Made by a program: the position numbers and the translations under genes. This document shows positions 12,271 to 23,805 of a DNA stretch of 64,000 nucleotides, piece by piece. Below the pieces are notes generated by a model, which was not told the origin of the DNA, made no database searches, and was given only the letters and a program-made list of their open reading frames with translations. Each line of letters starts with the position of its first letter. The stretch's first letter is position 1. Source of the stretch: Somniosus microcephalus (Eukaryota). Where the stretch lies: positions 27,094,001 to 27,158,000 of the forward strand of contig CM126218.1 of assembly GCA_052327205.1 (NCBI GenBank), written 5' to 3'.

Positions 12271-12879
12271 GTGCCAGTTGCATGGAGATATCTGTTAATA
12301 GGAGGTTCAAGAATGTTATTGCTGCCACATGGATCAATAGGCATGGTAAGACAGTGTCCAACAGAAGGGGTAGCATGGCATATGCACAGATGATGCTGTT
12401 GTAGCTCAAAATGGCAACACAATCGAACTCTCCAGCCATTCCCTTCCAGTGATTGCACATGGGCTAGAAATGAGGCAGGGCCAGGCCACCCTCGCAGCTA
12501 AAGCAGCAACGTAACTGGGAGATACTAGGCCCCTGCTCACATTTGTTGAGGGCCACCTTGCTCTCAAGGGCCTCTCATGGGCACACAGCATCCTTCCACT
12601 GAGGAGCATGTAGAAGAAGCCATAGATTAGGTAGTAGAACATTTCAGTCACACACCATTACAGAGTGGATTGATTCACTGGGGTCCAAATCAATAATCAC
12701 ACATCCAAATCACATTTAGTGAAATAACATTATTACTAAGTTGTACTGTGCCCAGAGCATGTTCTTGTTATGGTGTTGAATATTGTATCAGCAGGCCATA
12801 GGATTGGGATCTTTAGTAGTTCAGGTGGAGATGAAGCCAATGTGAATGATGACACATTTGTTAAAGGTATACTCTTGGA

Positions 12880-13170
12880 TGAGACATTAAACCAAGGCCC
12901 TGTCAGGTGGATGTAAAAGATCCCAGGCACTATTTCGAAGAGCAGAATTCTCTTGGTGTCCGGGCCAATATTTATCCCTCAACCAGCATCACTAAAACAG
13001 ATTATCTGGTCATTATCTCATTACTGTTTGTGGGAGCTTGCTGTGCGCAATTTGCCTGCTACATTTCCCATATTACAACAGTGACTATACTTCAAAAATA
13101 CTTCAAAGCACTTTGGGACATACTAAGGCCACGAAAGGCACTATGTAAATGCAATTCTTCCTTTCTTTGC
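12880..13170 (+). mobile_element. 5'-truncated DeuSINE (SacSINE1-like)
   Basis: TCAGGTGGATGTAAAAGATCCC...GGCCAATATTTATCCCTCAACC...GTTTGTGGGAGCTTGCTGTGCGCAA...AAAGGCACTATGTAAATGCAA, matching 5338-5706 and 23485-23805. Confidence 0.8.
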
Positions 13171-14800
13171 TAGCTTCACGTGCATGCTGATCGTACAGCA
13201 GGGCACACTTTCTAATGGATGAATAGAAAATCAGGCTGGCTCGCTTGTCGGCGTGTGCAATCCTTCCTGGACGATTTTCTTCTAGGTGTTGCATTCAGTT
13301 ACACTGATAAACCTCCATAACCTGAGGCGGACTGGGCAGGAAAATCGGGTGTGGAGCCTATCTGTTGGGCTCCACACAGGACAGAGATACAGACCATGTT
13401 GGGAGGCAGAGGTGATCCAGTATTCCCAAGTACAAAACAGGAAACTATACCCCAACATCGTCATCTAACATTCCTCTGTTCACTATTTTAGCAGAGGTGG
13501 CAACCTATTTAAAATAAACGATTTAGCACCTGTATTAAAATGGAGAACAGAGGAATGTCTCTCAAATGCATTAAGTATGTGTTTACTAATATTGATCATT
13601 TCTATACTGATTTTCAGGGATAATTTCCAACTATTTGCCTCCAGTGGGGAGCTTCATCTGCTGAAAGTGTATATTGGAAATTCAGGTGTAGCACGTGCTA
13701 GAATTTCCAATTCCCATTGGACGAAGCTCCTCGCTTGAAGCTAACTCTCGTGATATAAATTAATGTTTGATCTAGTGTATCTATGTTACTGAGATCTGAG
13801 TCTGTGCTACTTTCCTATTGAGATACTTGCCAGAAAAACCTCATTTAAAATGGACCTTTTCTGCTACCAGGTTGGTCTGAAGCTCTGAGTTGATGAAACA
13901 CTGATTGTCAAAGCGGTTCCAGAAAGATGCCACAAACTGCAGCCACCTGTAGCGAGGTTAAGCCTCTGCCAAAGCAGGTAACTTCTGAACTTGAAAGGAT
14001 GAACAGTGAAGTGTGCCAGAACTTGGAGAAGCAGGTGGTTACTGCCGGCAGTGGTGGGCTTGATCTCTTCATCGGTGCTTTGATTTGATAAGGGTTCCGT
14101 AAGCTCTGCCAACATTCAGCGACTTAATTAGACTGCTCTGTTTAAGTTGTAGATCTGTAAAAGGATATCTTTTGAATCTTCTGACATAATTTAAAGGTGA
14201 ATTTGAAGTAAACATGTTGGGCTTGATTCTATTCTGCTTCAGAATAGCACTGTCAGATGAAAAAGGCTTAATCTATGTTTTTGTTTTTAACGACTGCACC
14301 AATGTTTGCCGACAACTTGCGGCAGGGAATTAAGACATTAACAAGGGGTGGTTTATGATGTGCCAACTGCTACAGTGTGTGTTGTATTTATGAAATCCTA
14401 TTACAGCATTGGCTTCAACTCAATGGAGTTATTAGGACCATAAATTTGCTTCCATGTTTCTTCATCACAAACAATTTCCAACGATGAAAAGACTCTTGTT
14501 TCCAGTGGAACGGGATTGTGAAATGTTCCTGTTGCCACCTGGCACGTGGTTTGTATATAAAAATTCCAAATGTTTCTCTCTCTTCAGTGCCAGCTGTGGC
14601 TGAGTGGGTAGCAAGCTTGTCTCTGAGTCAGAAGGTCATGGGTTCAAGTCCTGCTCCAGACACTTAAGCACATAATCCAGGCTGACACTACAGTACCGAG
14701 GGAGTGCTACACTGTCAGAGGCACCATCTTTTGGATGAAATGTTAAACCAAGGCCCCATCTGCTCTCTCAGGTGGACGTAAAAAATCCCATGGCTCTATT

Positions 14801-16748
14801 AAACCAATCAGGTTTCTGCTCCCGTCACAGTACTGAAATGGCTCGTGTCAAAGTCACAAATTATATTCTATGTGACTGTAACCATGGTAAACTATCCCTC
14901 CTCATCCTTCTCGACCTATCTACAGCCTTCGACACAGTTGACCACACCATCCTCCTCCAACGCCTCTCCTCAGTCGTCCAGCTGGATGGAACTTGCCTTG
15001 TTTAATTCTTATCTACCGAATCGTAGCCAGAAAATCATCTGCAATGAATTCTCTTCCCATGCCCACATCGTTACCTCTGGTGTCCCCCAAGGATCTATCC
15101 TTGGTCCCCTCTTATTTCTCATCTACATGCTACCCCTCAGCACCATCATCTGAAAACACAACATCAGGTTCCACATGTGCGCTGATGATACTCTGGTCTA
15201 TCTCACCACCACCTCTCTTGACCCCTCCACTGTCTCTGATTTGTCACACTGCTTGTCCAACCGCCAGTATTGGATGAGCAGAAATTTCCTCCAACTAAAT
15301 ATTGGAAAGACCAAAGCCATTGGGCTGGATTTTGTGAATGGAGGCGGGACAGCTGCTTGTCATGTCAATGTCCCACCTCCATCCTCGCCTGACCAATCAG
15401 AGGGATTTTCCCCTGATTGAGCTTGTTAAGCCTGCCCTGCGGGCTCAGCAAGCCAATTAGGGAGGAAGTCACTGACAGATCAAGTCAACGTCAGACGTGC
15501 TATCTGTCAAGACTTCTTGAAAGAAGAAATGACAGCGTTTGACAGCTCTGTGAAGCTGTCAAACACTGACATTCTGTGTAGTTTGATGAGCCCTTGTGTT
15601 CAGGACTCATCAAACCTTTCAACTTTGTAAATTTCACATGGCTGTAGGATCGGAGGTTCCATCAGCCATTATGTGAAATTGACAAGGAGAATATCGGCTC
15701 TCCCCATCCAGCGCAGCTAAAGGCTGTAGAAAGAAAACAAGGTAAGTGAACACTTTTTTAAACTTATCACTCACCTTGCATACTTACCACTCCACACTTG
15801 CACCCATCACTCACCTCTACACCTCACTTCCAGGTGCCTCTGACCACCGCAGACCTCCTCCACGTCTCCTACAATGCGGTGGGGTTCTCCGAAGTCGGGA
15901 AGCCTTCACTTGAGAAGGTAAAATGGCACCAATCCTTTTTTCTGCCTGTTGACTGCCTGTTAACAGGCAGTTAAAAATATTAAATGCCTTTCCCAACTCC
16001 AGGAGACGGGACCCGAAGCTGCACATCTTCCCGCCTCCTGGCAAAAGGGCACGGAGGCGGGATGGGGGCGGGTTTGCCATCCGCCCCCACTTTCACTGAT
16101 ATTACTGGCAGTCCCACCTCCATGCCCGCCTCCTCGGGGCTTGGAAAATCCAGCCCAATGTCTTTGGTCCCCACCAGAAACTCCAATCCCTGGCTGCCAT
16201 TTCCATCCCTGGCAACTGTCTGAAGCTGAGCCAGACCATTCGCAATCTTAGTGTTGTGTTTGACCCCGAGATGAGCTTCCAACTACATATCCGCTCCATC
16301 ACCAAGACCGCCTACTTCCACCTTCCGGTCTGATGACGCCTCAATTTTAAAATCCTTATCCTTGTTTTCAAATCCCTCCATGGCCTTGCTCCTTCCTATC
16401 TCTGTAACCTCCTCCAGCCCTACAAACCTTTGAGATCTCTGTGCTCCTCCAATCCTGACATCTTGTGCATCCCCGATTTTAATCGCTCCACCATTGGCGG
16501 ACGTGCTTTCAGCTGCCTTGGCCATAAGCTCTGGAATTCCCTCCCTAAACCTCTCTGCCTCTCTACCTCTCTCTCCTCGTTTAAGATGCTCCTTAAAAAC
16601 TACCTCTTTGACCAAGCTTTTTGTCATCAGTCCTGAATTCTCCTTCTGGGGCTTGGTGTCAAAATTTTTATTGATAACACTCTTGTTAAGCACCTCGGGA
16701 CATTTTGCTACATTAACGGCACTATATAAATGCAAGATGTTGTTGTTA
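14801..16748 (+). mobile_element. 5'-truncated degenerate L2-clade LINE (RT plus 3' tail), interrupted at 15322-16156
   Basis: QSGF..HSTE, LLDLSTAFDTVDH, GVPQGSILGPLLF, CADDT, LNIGKTKAI, then GGRAFS..LWNSLP..FK..LK; tail ends TATATAAATGCAAGATGTTGTTGTT. Confidence 0.9.
15322..16156. mobile_element. Non-autonomous Harbinger-type element (835 bp) inserted in L2
   Basis: TIRs GGGCTGGATTTT / AAAATCCAGCCC; 3-bp flanks ATT/AAT; the L2 frame KTKAI|VFGP rejoins when the element is removed. Confidence 0.8.
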
Positions 16749-17399
16749 CTTTGGTGTACTGGCCAACATTTATCCCCCAACCAACATCACATTAAAAAAT
16801 AACACATTTTCCGGTCATTATCTCATTGCTGTTTGTGGGATCATGCTGTGTTCAAATTGGCTGCCGCGTTTTCTACATTACAACAGTAGTTTCACTTCGA
16901 AAAGTAATTAATTGACTTTAAAGCACTTTGGGTTGTCCTGAGGTCACGAAAGGCACTCTATAAATACAAGATTTTCTTGTTCTTTCTCCCACCCGCTAAT
17001 GCTGCAGTTGGAATACAATGCCAATGGGGCTGGGTGTGGTTGAAAGCTTTTTTAAATGTGGTTAGTTTTCTATGGTCACATGCAGCACCCAAGCCTTGGA
17101 AATTCAGTTGTCAAAGCCCACACACCTAAGACTTGTTTGTACCTGTATTTTCTATTTGCTGTCTTGCCTTGTTAGAATTTTTTGTATTGGCTTGGGAAGA
17201 GCTGTTGCCTCATTAGTGAATAAATCGTAAGTTACAACACCAAGATCTGTTAGTGTCAGCAACTTGAGATATATGCAAATGAATGGAGACAGGGAGTAAA
17301 CTTTATATGTGTCCCATGAGTCTCAAAGCACACAGAGGAAAGCTTGGCTATTCCTGCCCTGTGATATAACTCAACCCCATGCCCACCAGTCACACACAC

Positions 17400-17520
17400 A
17401 TAAACTAGGCCACAGTTGTCAGTGTTACATGCAGTTCTGGGCACCCCATAATAGGAAGGATATTAGACCATTGGACAGGGTACAGCAAAGATTCACTAGA
17501 ATAAAACCAAGAATGAGAGT
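17400..17520 (+). mobile_element. Short degenerate CR1 ORF2 C-terminal fragment
   Basis: QFWAPHNRKDIRPLDRVQQRFTR resembles CR1 QFWSPHYRKDVIALERVQRRFTR. Confidence 0.75.
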
Positions 17521-18171
17521 AGGAGTAAATGGGGTAGAAATTGGACCTTGTTGCATCTGTGTTGCACCTGATTTTGGGGACCAACATCCTGCACCACAAG
17601 GATGCCTGAAAAAAGTTCGATCCAAAATTGGGTCAGGCCATTTTTCAGGCGTCCCTGGCAGCCACCTAAAACAGTCATTATGGCCTAGAAATTCAGTTGG
17701 TTGCGCCAGCCGTTAGCGCCTTAAGAGAAGTGAATTTTGGGCGCTATGCGTGTAGCGTCCGGGCGCAGCGCGATCTGCGCCTCGCCCCAAATTAAGTAGA
17801 CATTTAGCGCCGGCGCAAAGTCTTAGCGCGCGCTCACCTGCGCGCGCAGAAAATGACGTCATATCCTCGTGCAACGCCCTGATCCAGAACTTCAGTGGGA
17901 CCGCCCCATTGTGCGGCCGGCGGCCCGAACACTTGTTTAGTGGAACGCAACAGAGCCGACGCGGGCCCCGGGGAGCGCAAATTAAAGGGCACTTACCCTG
18001 CACTATAAAGGGCAGCCATTTTGCAGCAAACACTCTTGTGCAACGGATTTCTGGAGAGAGACCAAGGAAGAGAGCTTTCTGGTTTGGGCCAACACTAGCT
18101 CAGGTATTTTTGGCTTCAGGCCAGAGCGTTGCAAGTGGCCTCTTGGATATTTGACTGTTTGGCAGCATATT

Positions 18172-19323
18172 ATGGGGGCTGCATGGGGTGCCAATGCTGA
18201 GTTTCAGCGTCATGTCCGTAGGGCTCGCAGACGCGGTGTGAGAGGGGCAGCCCTGGCTAGATGCAGAGGGGGCAACAGGCGTTGGCAACATAGGCCTTAC
18301 CCAGTCAGGGCATACCGCCAGCAGCGCTCCTACCTCAACATGAGTGGCGCGCGATGTGTAAAAAGGCTGAGATTCCGAAAGGAGGTGGTTGGAGAGATCT
18401 GCCAGCTGCTTCGCAGAGATCTGCGTCCAAAGCTCAGGAGCAGGACGTCTCTGTCGGTGGAAGCGAAGGTGACGGTGGCCTTGAACTTCTATGCCACCGG
18501 CTCCTTCCAATCCGCTGCTGGGGACATTGCTAACATATCCCAGTTCGCCGTGCATTGCTGCATCCGCCAGGTGACCGATGCCCTTTTCAGAAGGAGACGC
18601 CAATTCATCTCCTTCCCCATGGCCCTGGAGAGGCAGCATCAGCGTGCACTGGGATTTGCAAGATTCGCGGCCTTCCCCTTGGTGCAGGGCGCCATTGACT
18701 GTACGCATGTGGCTTTGCGGGCACCTGTGGAGCATGCCGAGGATTACCGCAACCGGAAGGGCTACCATTCCCTCAATGTGCAGCTGGTGTGTGACCACAA
18801 GCAGCGCATCCTAGCTGTCAATGCCCGCTTTCCAGGCAGCAGCCACGATGCCTTTATCCTGCGGCAGACAACTGTGCGTGACATGTTCGAGGCACAGCCT
18901 CCCCCAAGAGGATGGCTTCTTGGGGACAAAGGCTATCCTTTGTGTACCTGGCTCATGACCCCGCTCCGCGCGCCCAGGACCCCTGCTGAAGAGGCATACA
19001 ACGAGAGTCATCAAGCGAGCAGGAACATAATCGAGCAAACAATTGGTGTCCTCAAGCAACGGTTCCGCTGCCTGGATCGTTCCGGCGGATCTCTGCAGTA
19101 TTCGCCGGACCGAGTCTCCCAATTCGTCGTAGTTTGCTGCATGCTGCACAACCTGGCTCTCCGCAGGACTCAGGCACTGCCACCTCACGTTGGACCACCA
19201 CCTCAGGAGGAGGAGCAGGAGGAGCATGAGGAGGAGGAGCAGGAGGAGGAGGAGTACCATCCCAGGAGGGAGCGAGAAGGTCCAAGGGCCGTCCGTCGGC
19301 GGCTTATTGAACGTCACTTCTAA
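18172..19323 (+). CDS. Harbinger (HARBI1-like) DDE transposase, 383 aa, intact
   Basis: First ATG at 18172. HTH region (LNFYATGSFQ..ISQ..V..CI..VT), GAIDCTH (D), NRKGYHSLNVQLVCD, PGSSHD, LLGDKGY (D), RNIIEQTIG.LK.RFRCL (E), CCMLHN and an acidic tail. Confidence 0.95.
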   Translation: MGAAWGANAEFQRHVRRARRRGVRGAALARCRGGNRRWQHRPYPVRAYRQQRSYLNMSGARCVKRLRFRKEVVGEICQLLRRDLRPKLRSRTSLSVEAKVTVALNFYATGSFQSAAGDIANISQFAVHCCIRQVTDALFRRRRQFISFPMALERQHQRALGFARFAAFPLVQGAIDCTHVALRAPVEHAEDYRNRKGYHSLNVQLVCDHKQRILAVNARFPGSSHDAFILRQTTVRDMFEAQPPPRGWLLGDKGYPLCTWLMTPLRAPRTPAEEAYNESHQASRNIIEQTIGVLKQRFRCLDRSGGSLQYSPDRVSQFVVVCCMLHNLALRRTQALPPHVGPPPQEEEQEEHEEEEQEEEEYHPRREREGPRAVRRRLIERHF

Positions 19324-19808
19324 GCCCCCCTGTCAGGGAATGCCTTGTGGCCATGAAGGAACATGAACGCAGCCGCTCCGCAAGCCCTCAGCTGGCGAAG
19401 GCAACAAACACTTACAACAACAAACATGGACACTCTCTGAATAAAGAGAAATCTTTATTTTAGACAAATGAAACCCCTTCCCACATGAAACCCAGAAACA
19501 TTCAACGGCCCCAAAAAACAGTACATCAAATGACTCACTCCCACAACCTGGGGAGGAATAACTGAACATTTGGACAAAAATGGCCTTCATCCTCGGCCTT
19601 AACCCAAAAAACATCCCCAGAAACAAAACAACCATCCCCAAAAGAAACATAGCCATCGCCATATAAAATAACACTTGGCCACACCGTCTACTTATTGGGC
19701 CGCGAGGGCGAGACCTTGTCGAGCCTTTTGGGGCCCCTGCCCGGCCTGCTGCTCCTCCGCAAGCTCTGCCCAGTGGCTGCTGCGAGGCTGGGGGAAGGCT
19801 CCTGAGGG

Positions 19809-21628
19809 TCAGATGTCCTTCTGGCAGATGCCCTTGGGGGGGCGGCCTAGACGGGGTTTGGCCCTCGAGGGGCCGGCTGGTGATTGGCGCAGCTGTGCCT
19901 GGCCAACATCATTCGCAGCCGCTTGCCGTTGAGGCTCCACTGGGGGAGTGGCGGTGACGGCTGGAGGAATGTGTGCAAGCTGGCGGATGGGAGGCGCTGG
20001 CTGGTGATGTGGCACGCTGGCACTCGCCCGGGCCCGCACTGCAGCATACGCACCAATCTGCCGAAGGGCAGCCCGCTGTGCTGCTGCAGCGCGGCGGGTG
20101 TCCAGGCGATGCCTGGCTGACGCAGCGCGTGTGGCAGCAGTGAGTGCACCTGTTGCCCTGGTCTGCGACCGCAACAGAGTAGCCACTGTCTGGACGGCAT
20201 CACTGATCAGCCGGCCACTCGCGGCATGTGAGGCCCTGAACTCGCGCACACTGCTAGCCAGGGACTCGATCGCCTCAGGCATCCGTGCCACTACCCCCAT
20301 CAGCTCAGTGTGCCGGCGATCCGAATCCTGGGCCATTTGATCGAGGTGGCGCGCCTCCTCTGAGTTGAACGTGGCCGGACTGGAGTCCGGACTCGCCCGC
20401 TGGGGAGCAGGGGGCCGAGCTGCCCGACCCTTGCCACGTTGCCGGCGGCGACTGGGCCCAGCAACTGCACTCCCCTCCGATCCTTCCCCCCTCTGGGGGG
20501 AAGGTCGCGGACCAACCGCAGCCCTCCTGGGTTGCTGGACGCCACTGGTCCCAGCAGCTCCACTCCCCTCCGACACTTCCTCCAGGCTCTCCTCCAGGGA
20601 AGACGTGTCCACTACTTCGGCATCTGCAGCCGGACCTGAGTGCTGCCCTGATGGTCCGCCTTCCTCTTCCTCCTCCTCCTCCTTCTCCTCCTCTTCGGAG
20701 GGGCTGTCACTGGCAGCTTCAGGGAGCTCCTGGTCACCAGCTGAAAGCAGGAAGGCACAAGAGTAGCTTTAGAGTGAGGAGAGGGCGTCAGTGAGGGAGG
20801 CATGACTGGTGGCATTCAGCGCATTGGTCGGACAGTGGCAAAGGAGGTAGATCGGATGCGCAAGTGCGACGAGAGAGGCCCAAAAGGTGATGTCCTTACC
20901 ATTGTGGCCCAGAAGAGGGTCGGCATCTCCACAGGCGACGGGCCCAATCACCCAGGCTCCCATGAGGCGACTCATGCGCTCCTCCAGGGGAGTGAGCTCC
21001 TGGATCTGGGGGCGGCCTCCCCCGGTCTCCTCCTGGTGCCTTCGGTTGTTTGCAAGTTTTGCCTGCAAGAGAAAGGACGGCCTGTAAGTACGGTGTGTAG
21101 CCCTGATGTGGTGTGCACTGCCTCCCATGGTGGAATAGCTTGGCCAGTGTGTAGCCCTGATGTGGTGTGCACTGCCTCCCATGATGGAATAGCTTGGCCA
21201 GTGTGTAGCCCTGATGTGGTGTGCACTGCCTCCCATGGTGTAAAGTGCAGAATGTGCAATTGATGTTCATGACTGTCCCATAGCTGCTGGCTGAGGGCTG
21301 GCCATTAGAGCTTTCAGGTCCCTTTGCCCATCATGTCAGGTGTACATGCAAGGATGAGGAGGAGACTGGAAAGGGTACTCATCCTGACAATCCTGGTCAG
21401 GTCATTGAACTTCTTCCGGCATTGGACATTGTCCCTGGGGGCATCGCCGGTGGCCGACACCCTGCGGGCGACCTCCCTCCAGGCTTTCCTATAGATGCTG
21501 GTGGGAGGCTTCCTGCCAGTGTCCGGGAACAAGATGTGCTGTCTCTTCTCCAAGGCCATCACCATCACCTTCAAGTCATGGGCTGAGAAGCGCAGGGCAC
21601 GCTCACGGGCCTTCTGTACCGTTGCCAT
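19809..21628 (-). CDS. Harbinger Myb/SANT-like (trihelix) DNA-binding protein, 3 predicted exons: 21628-21383, 21062-20900, 20740-19809 (~446 aa)
   Basis: Exon 1 RALRFS...LF...AWREVA..V...R...QCRKKFNDL; acceptors TTTCTCTTGCAG and CCTGCTTTCAG; intron 2 donor G|GTAAGG; the frames join. Intron 1 donor reads AGG|ATGAGT (non-canonical). Confidence 0.85.
21093..21240. repeat. 54-bp tandem repeat (~2.7 copies) in intron 1 of the Myb gene
   Basis: Units GTGTGTAGCCCTGATGTGGTGTGCACTGCCTCCCATGGTGGAATAGCTTGGCCA start at 21093, 21147 and 21201. Confidence 0.95.
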
Positions 21629-23484
21629 GGCTCCTTCTGCTCACCAGCAGTGTTCAGGCCTAGCTGGAAGGCTGCAGTGTGCAGGCCGTTGCAGCAGACC
21701 AAGTCGACCCTTCCCCCTTTAAGAGCTGGCCGGCGCCACGGTGTCTGCTGTCAATCAAGAAATGACCGCACCTACGCCCGGCCTCGGCGCTATCCCTCAG
21801 CACCGCCGGCTTTGCGCCTAAAGATAGTTGTGTAATGCCAGTTTTAGCGCTCAAGCAAACTCTTAGGGCGAAGCTACTGAATATCGGCGAAGTGGCCTCG
21901 ACTTTGCGCCGGGCGCAAACTTTAGCGCCCGCCCGACTTTACCGCCCCAAAACTGGCTATACTGAATTTCTAGGCCTATGTCTCTTATATATGTAAATGA
22001 AGGGCCTAAGCCCCGTTTTAGACCCCTTTTATCGAAATCGGACCGCAACGAGGGGACGGGAGCTGGGATTCTTCTGCGACCCGTGCAGCGACCATCAAAA
22101 AAGGTGAGTTTCATTAACAATTTTTTAAATATAGTTCTTGTGGTGCCAGGAGGAGCAGCTGGAGTGTCCCTCCCTGCTCCACGGTCCTCCTGAGGGCTGC
22201 TGCCAGAGATGATAGCAGGAGTGACCAAAACCTTGGTCAGGGAGGCAGGTTATAAGGTGGGTCTTACAGGAGAAGAGGGAAATGGAAAGTTACAGGGCAT
22301 TTTATTTTCTATTTTTGTTGGCTACCTTTTGCAAATACAGTTTAACATGGAGCAAGATTTTGAGTACTGGTAACTCTTGTTCAGCTGCTTGCTCACGTTT
22401 ACCTTTTCATTCACAGAAGAAAATATAGAGCCGAGAAAGGATAAAGCTAATGATTAGTATCCATGATGGGAAAAAGCTGGAGACCGAGGGAGCTCAAACA
22501 TGGAGACACTGGGGAACTGCTCCAAGCTCGGTAATGTGAAGAGGTGTTCCTCACCCTGCAACATGACCATAACTGACTAAGCTGTGACTCAGAGAGAATG
22601 TACTGTACTTTACGGCTAGCCAGCACAATGTGCTATTTTCAAAATGAAATCTCCCAAACCTCGAACTCCTCTTAATACCTACCCTGTTATTTTTCTGTTC
22701 TCCACTTAAAAATATTTTGATTTCATTTTTCAGAATTTCTATTCGTGTTTTTAATGGCCCAGAAATTCGGGTCTCCACGGGTGAGTACGCACGGGGTACT
22801 CACCCATAAGCCCAATGGAAGTGCTGGTTTCCTGCATGCACTGCATTAGGGCATAGATTAGCGGTAGGAATGAAGTATTGTGTGTAAGTGAAATTTAAAG
22901 GGATGGGGCAATTAAAATAAATTGTCCTAGAAATTGGGGCTCCTGGCCAGAAGCGTGTTGACTGCTATATTGGGTAAAGACAAACAAGAGGCGCCCTTTA
23001 CCCACGCTTGAAGCAGGCGTTCGGCCCTTTGCGTATGCAAATAAGGGGCCTAACGGCAGATTAAAGTCCCCTCTCTGACATTGGTTTGACCTGAGGCAGC
23101 CGCGCCATCACGGGTTGCACACAGGGAGGAGGAGCAGGAGTGATCCTCCCAACCCCACATTAAAGGACTTAATCGCTACTCCCAATCTTTTCCCACCCCC
23201 CCACCCTATCGCTGTCACTCCTGACCCTTGGCGCTTCCCCCGTACCCACTTATCTGAAGGCTGCTGTGACGCTAGCAGAGGCTCAATTTTCTTCATTCTT
23301 TGCCAGTTCTAAGTTCCAGTATTTACTTCGACTTTCATGATTCAGATGGCAGCTGTTACAAGGTTAAGCAACACAAATCCACCATTTGTTAAAAAGCTCA
23401 ATCTTGTTTCTACCCAAGCTGAGTTAAAGGGAGTATTTGGGTATTTCTCTCATCTTTCACCTCTCAACAGCTTTGGAAAAGAAC

Positions 23485-23805
23485 GAAAGACAGATTTGTA
23501 TTGATATAGCACCTTTCACAATTCCAGGACGTCCCAAAGCCCTTTGCAGCCAATGAAGTACCCCCCTGTACCTTTGAAGTGTAGTCACTGTTGTGATGTA
23601 GGAAACGCGGCAGCCAATTTGCGCTCAGCAAGCTCCCACAAACAGCAATGTGATAATGAGCAGATAATCTGTTTTAGTGATGTTGATTGAAGGATAAATA
23701 TTGGCTGGGACACCAGGGAGAAGTCCCCTGCTCTTCTTCGAAATAGTGCCATAGGGTCTTTTATGTCCACCTGAGAGGTTAGACGAGGCCTTGGTTTAAC
23801 GTCTG
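23485..23805 (-). mobile_element. 5'-truncated DeuSINE (SacSINE1-like)
   Basis: Reverse complement of the 12880-13170 sequence (AGCAAGCTCCCACAAACAGCAATG, GGATAAATATTGGC, TCTTTTATGTCCACCTGA). Confidence 0.8.

Larger units (their letters stand above)
14590..16985 (+). mobile_element. DeuSINE (SacSINE1-like) split by an L2 insertion: head 14590-14800, body and tail 16749-16985
   Basis: A/B boxes TGGCTGAGTGG and GGTTCAAGTCC at 14597-14651. Homology stops after AAATCCCATGGCTCTATT and resumes at GGTGTACTGGCCAACATTTATCCC. Confidence 0.75.
17682..21976. mobile_element. Full-length PIF/Harbinger DNA transposon (4295 bp)
   Basis: Perfect 16-bp TIRs GGCCTAGAAATTCAGT (17682-17697) and ACTGAATTTCTAGGCC (21961-21976); 3-bp TSD TAT (17679-81 and 21977-79); convergent transposase and Myb/SANT genes; CpG-rich. 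Confidence 0.97.

Noticed and set aside
13871-13977. Coding exon bounded by CTACCAG|G and CAG|GTAACT
   Set aside because: Stops in all three frames and no recognisable homology; at most a non-coding exon
18172-19323. Domesticated host gene HARBI1
   Set aside because: It lies within perfect TIRs and a TSD with a Myb partner gene, so it is a transposon copy
18100-20766. Overlapping antisense and alternative-frame ORFs in Harbinger, Gypsy and CR1 bodies
   Set aside because: Expected shadow ORFs of GC-rich coding sequence, with no domain motifs
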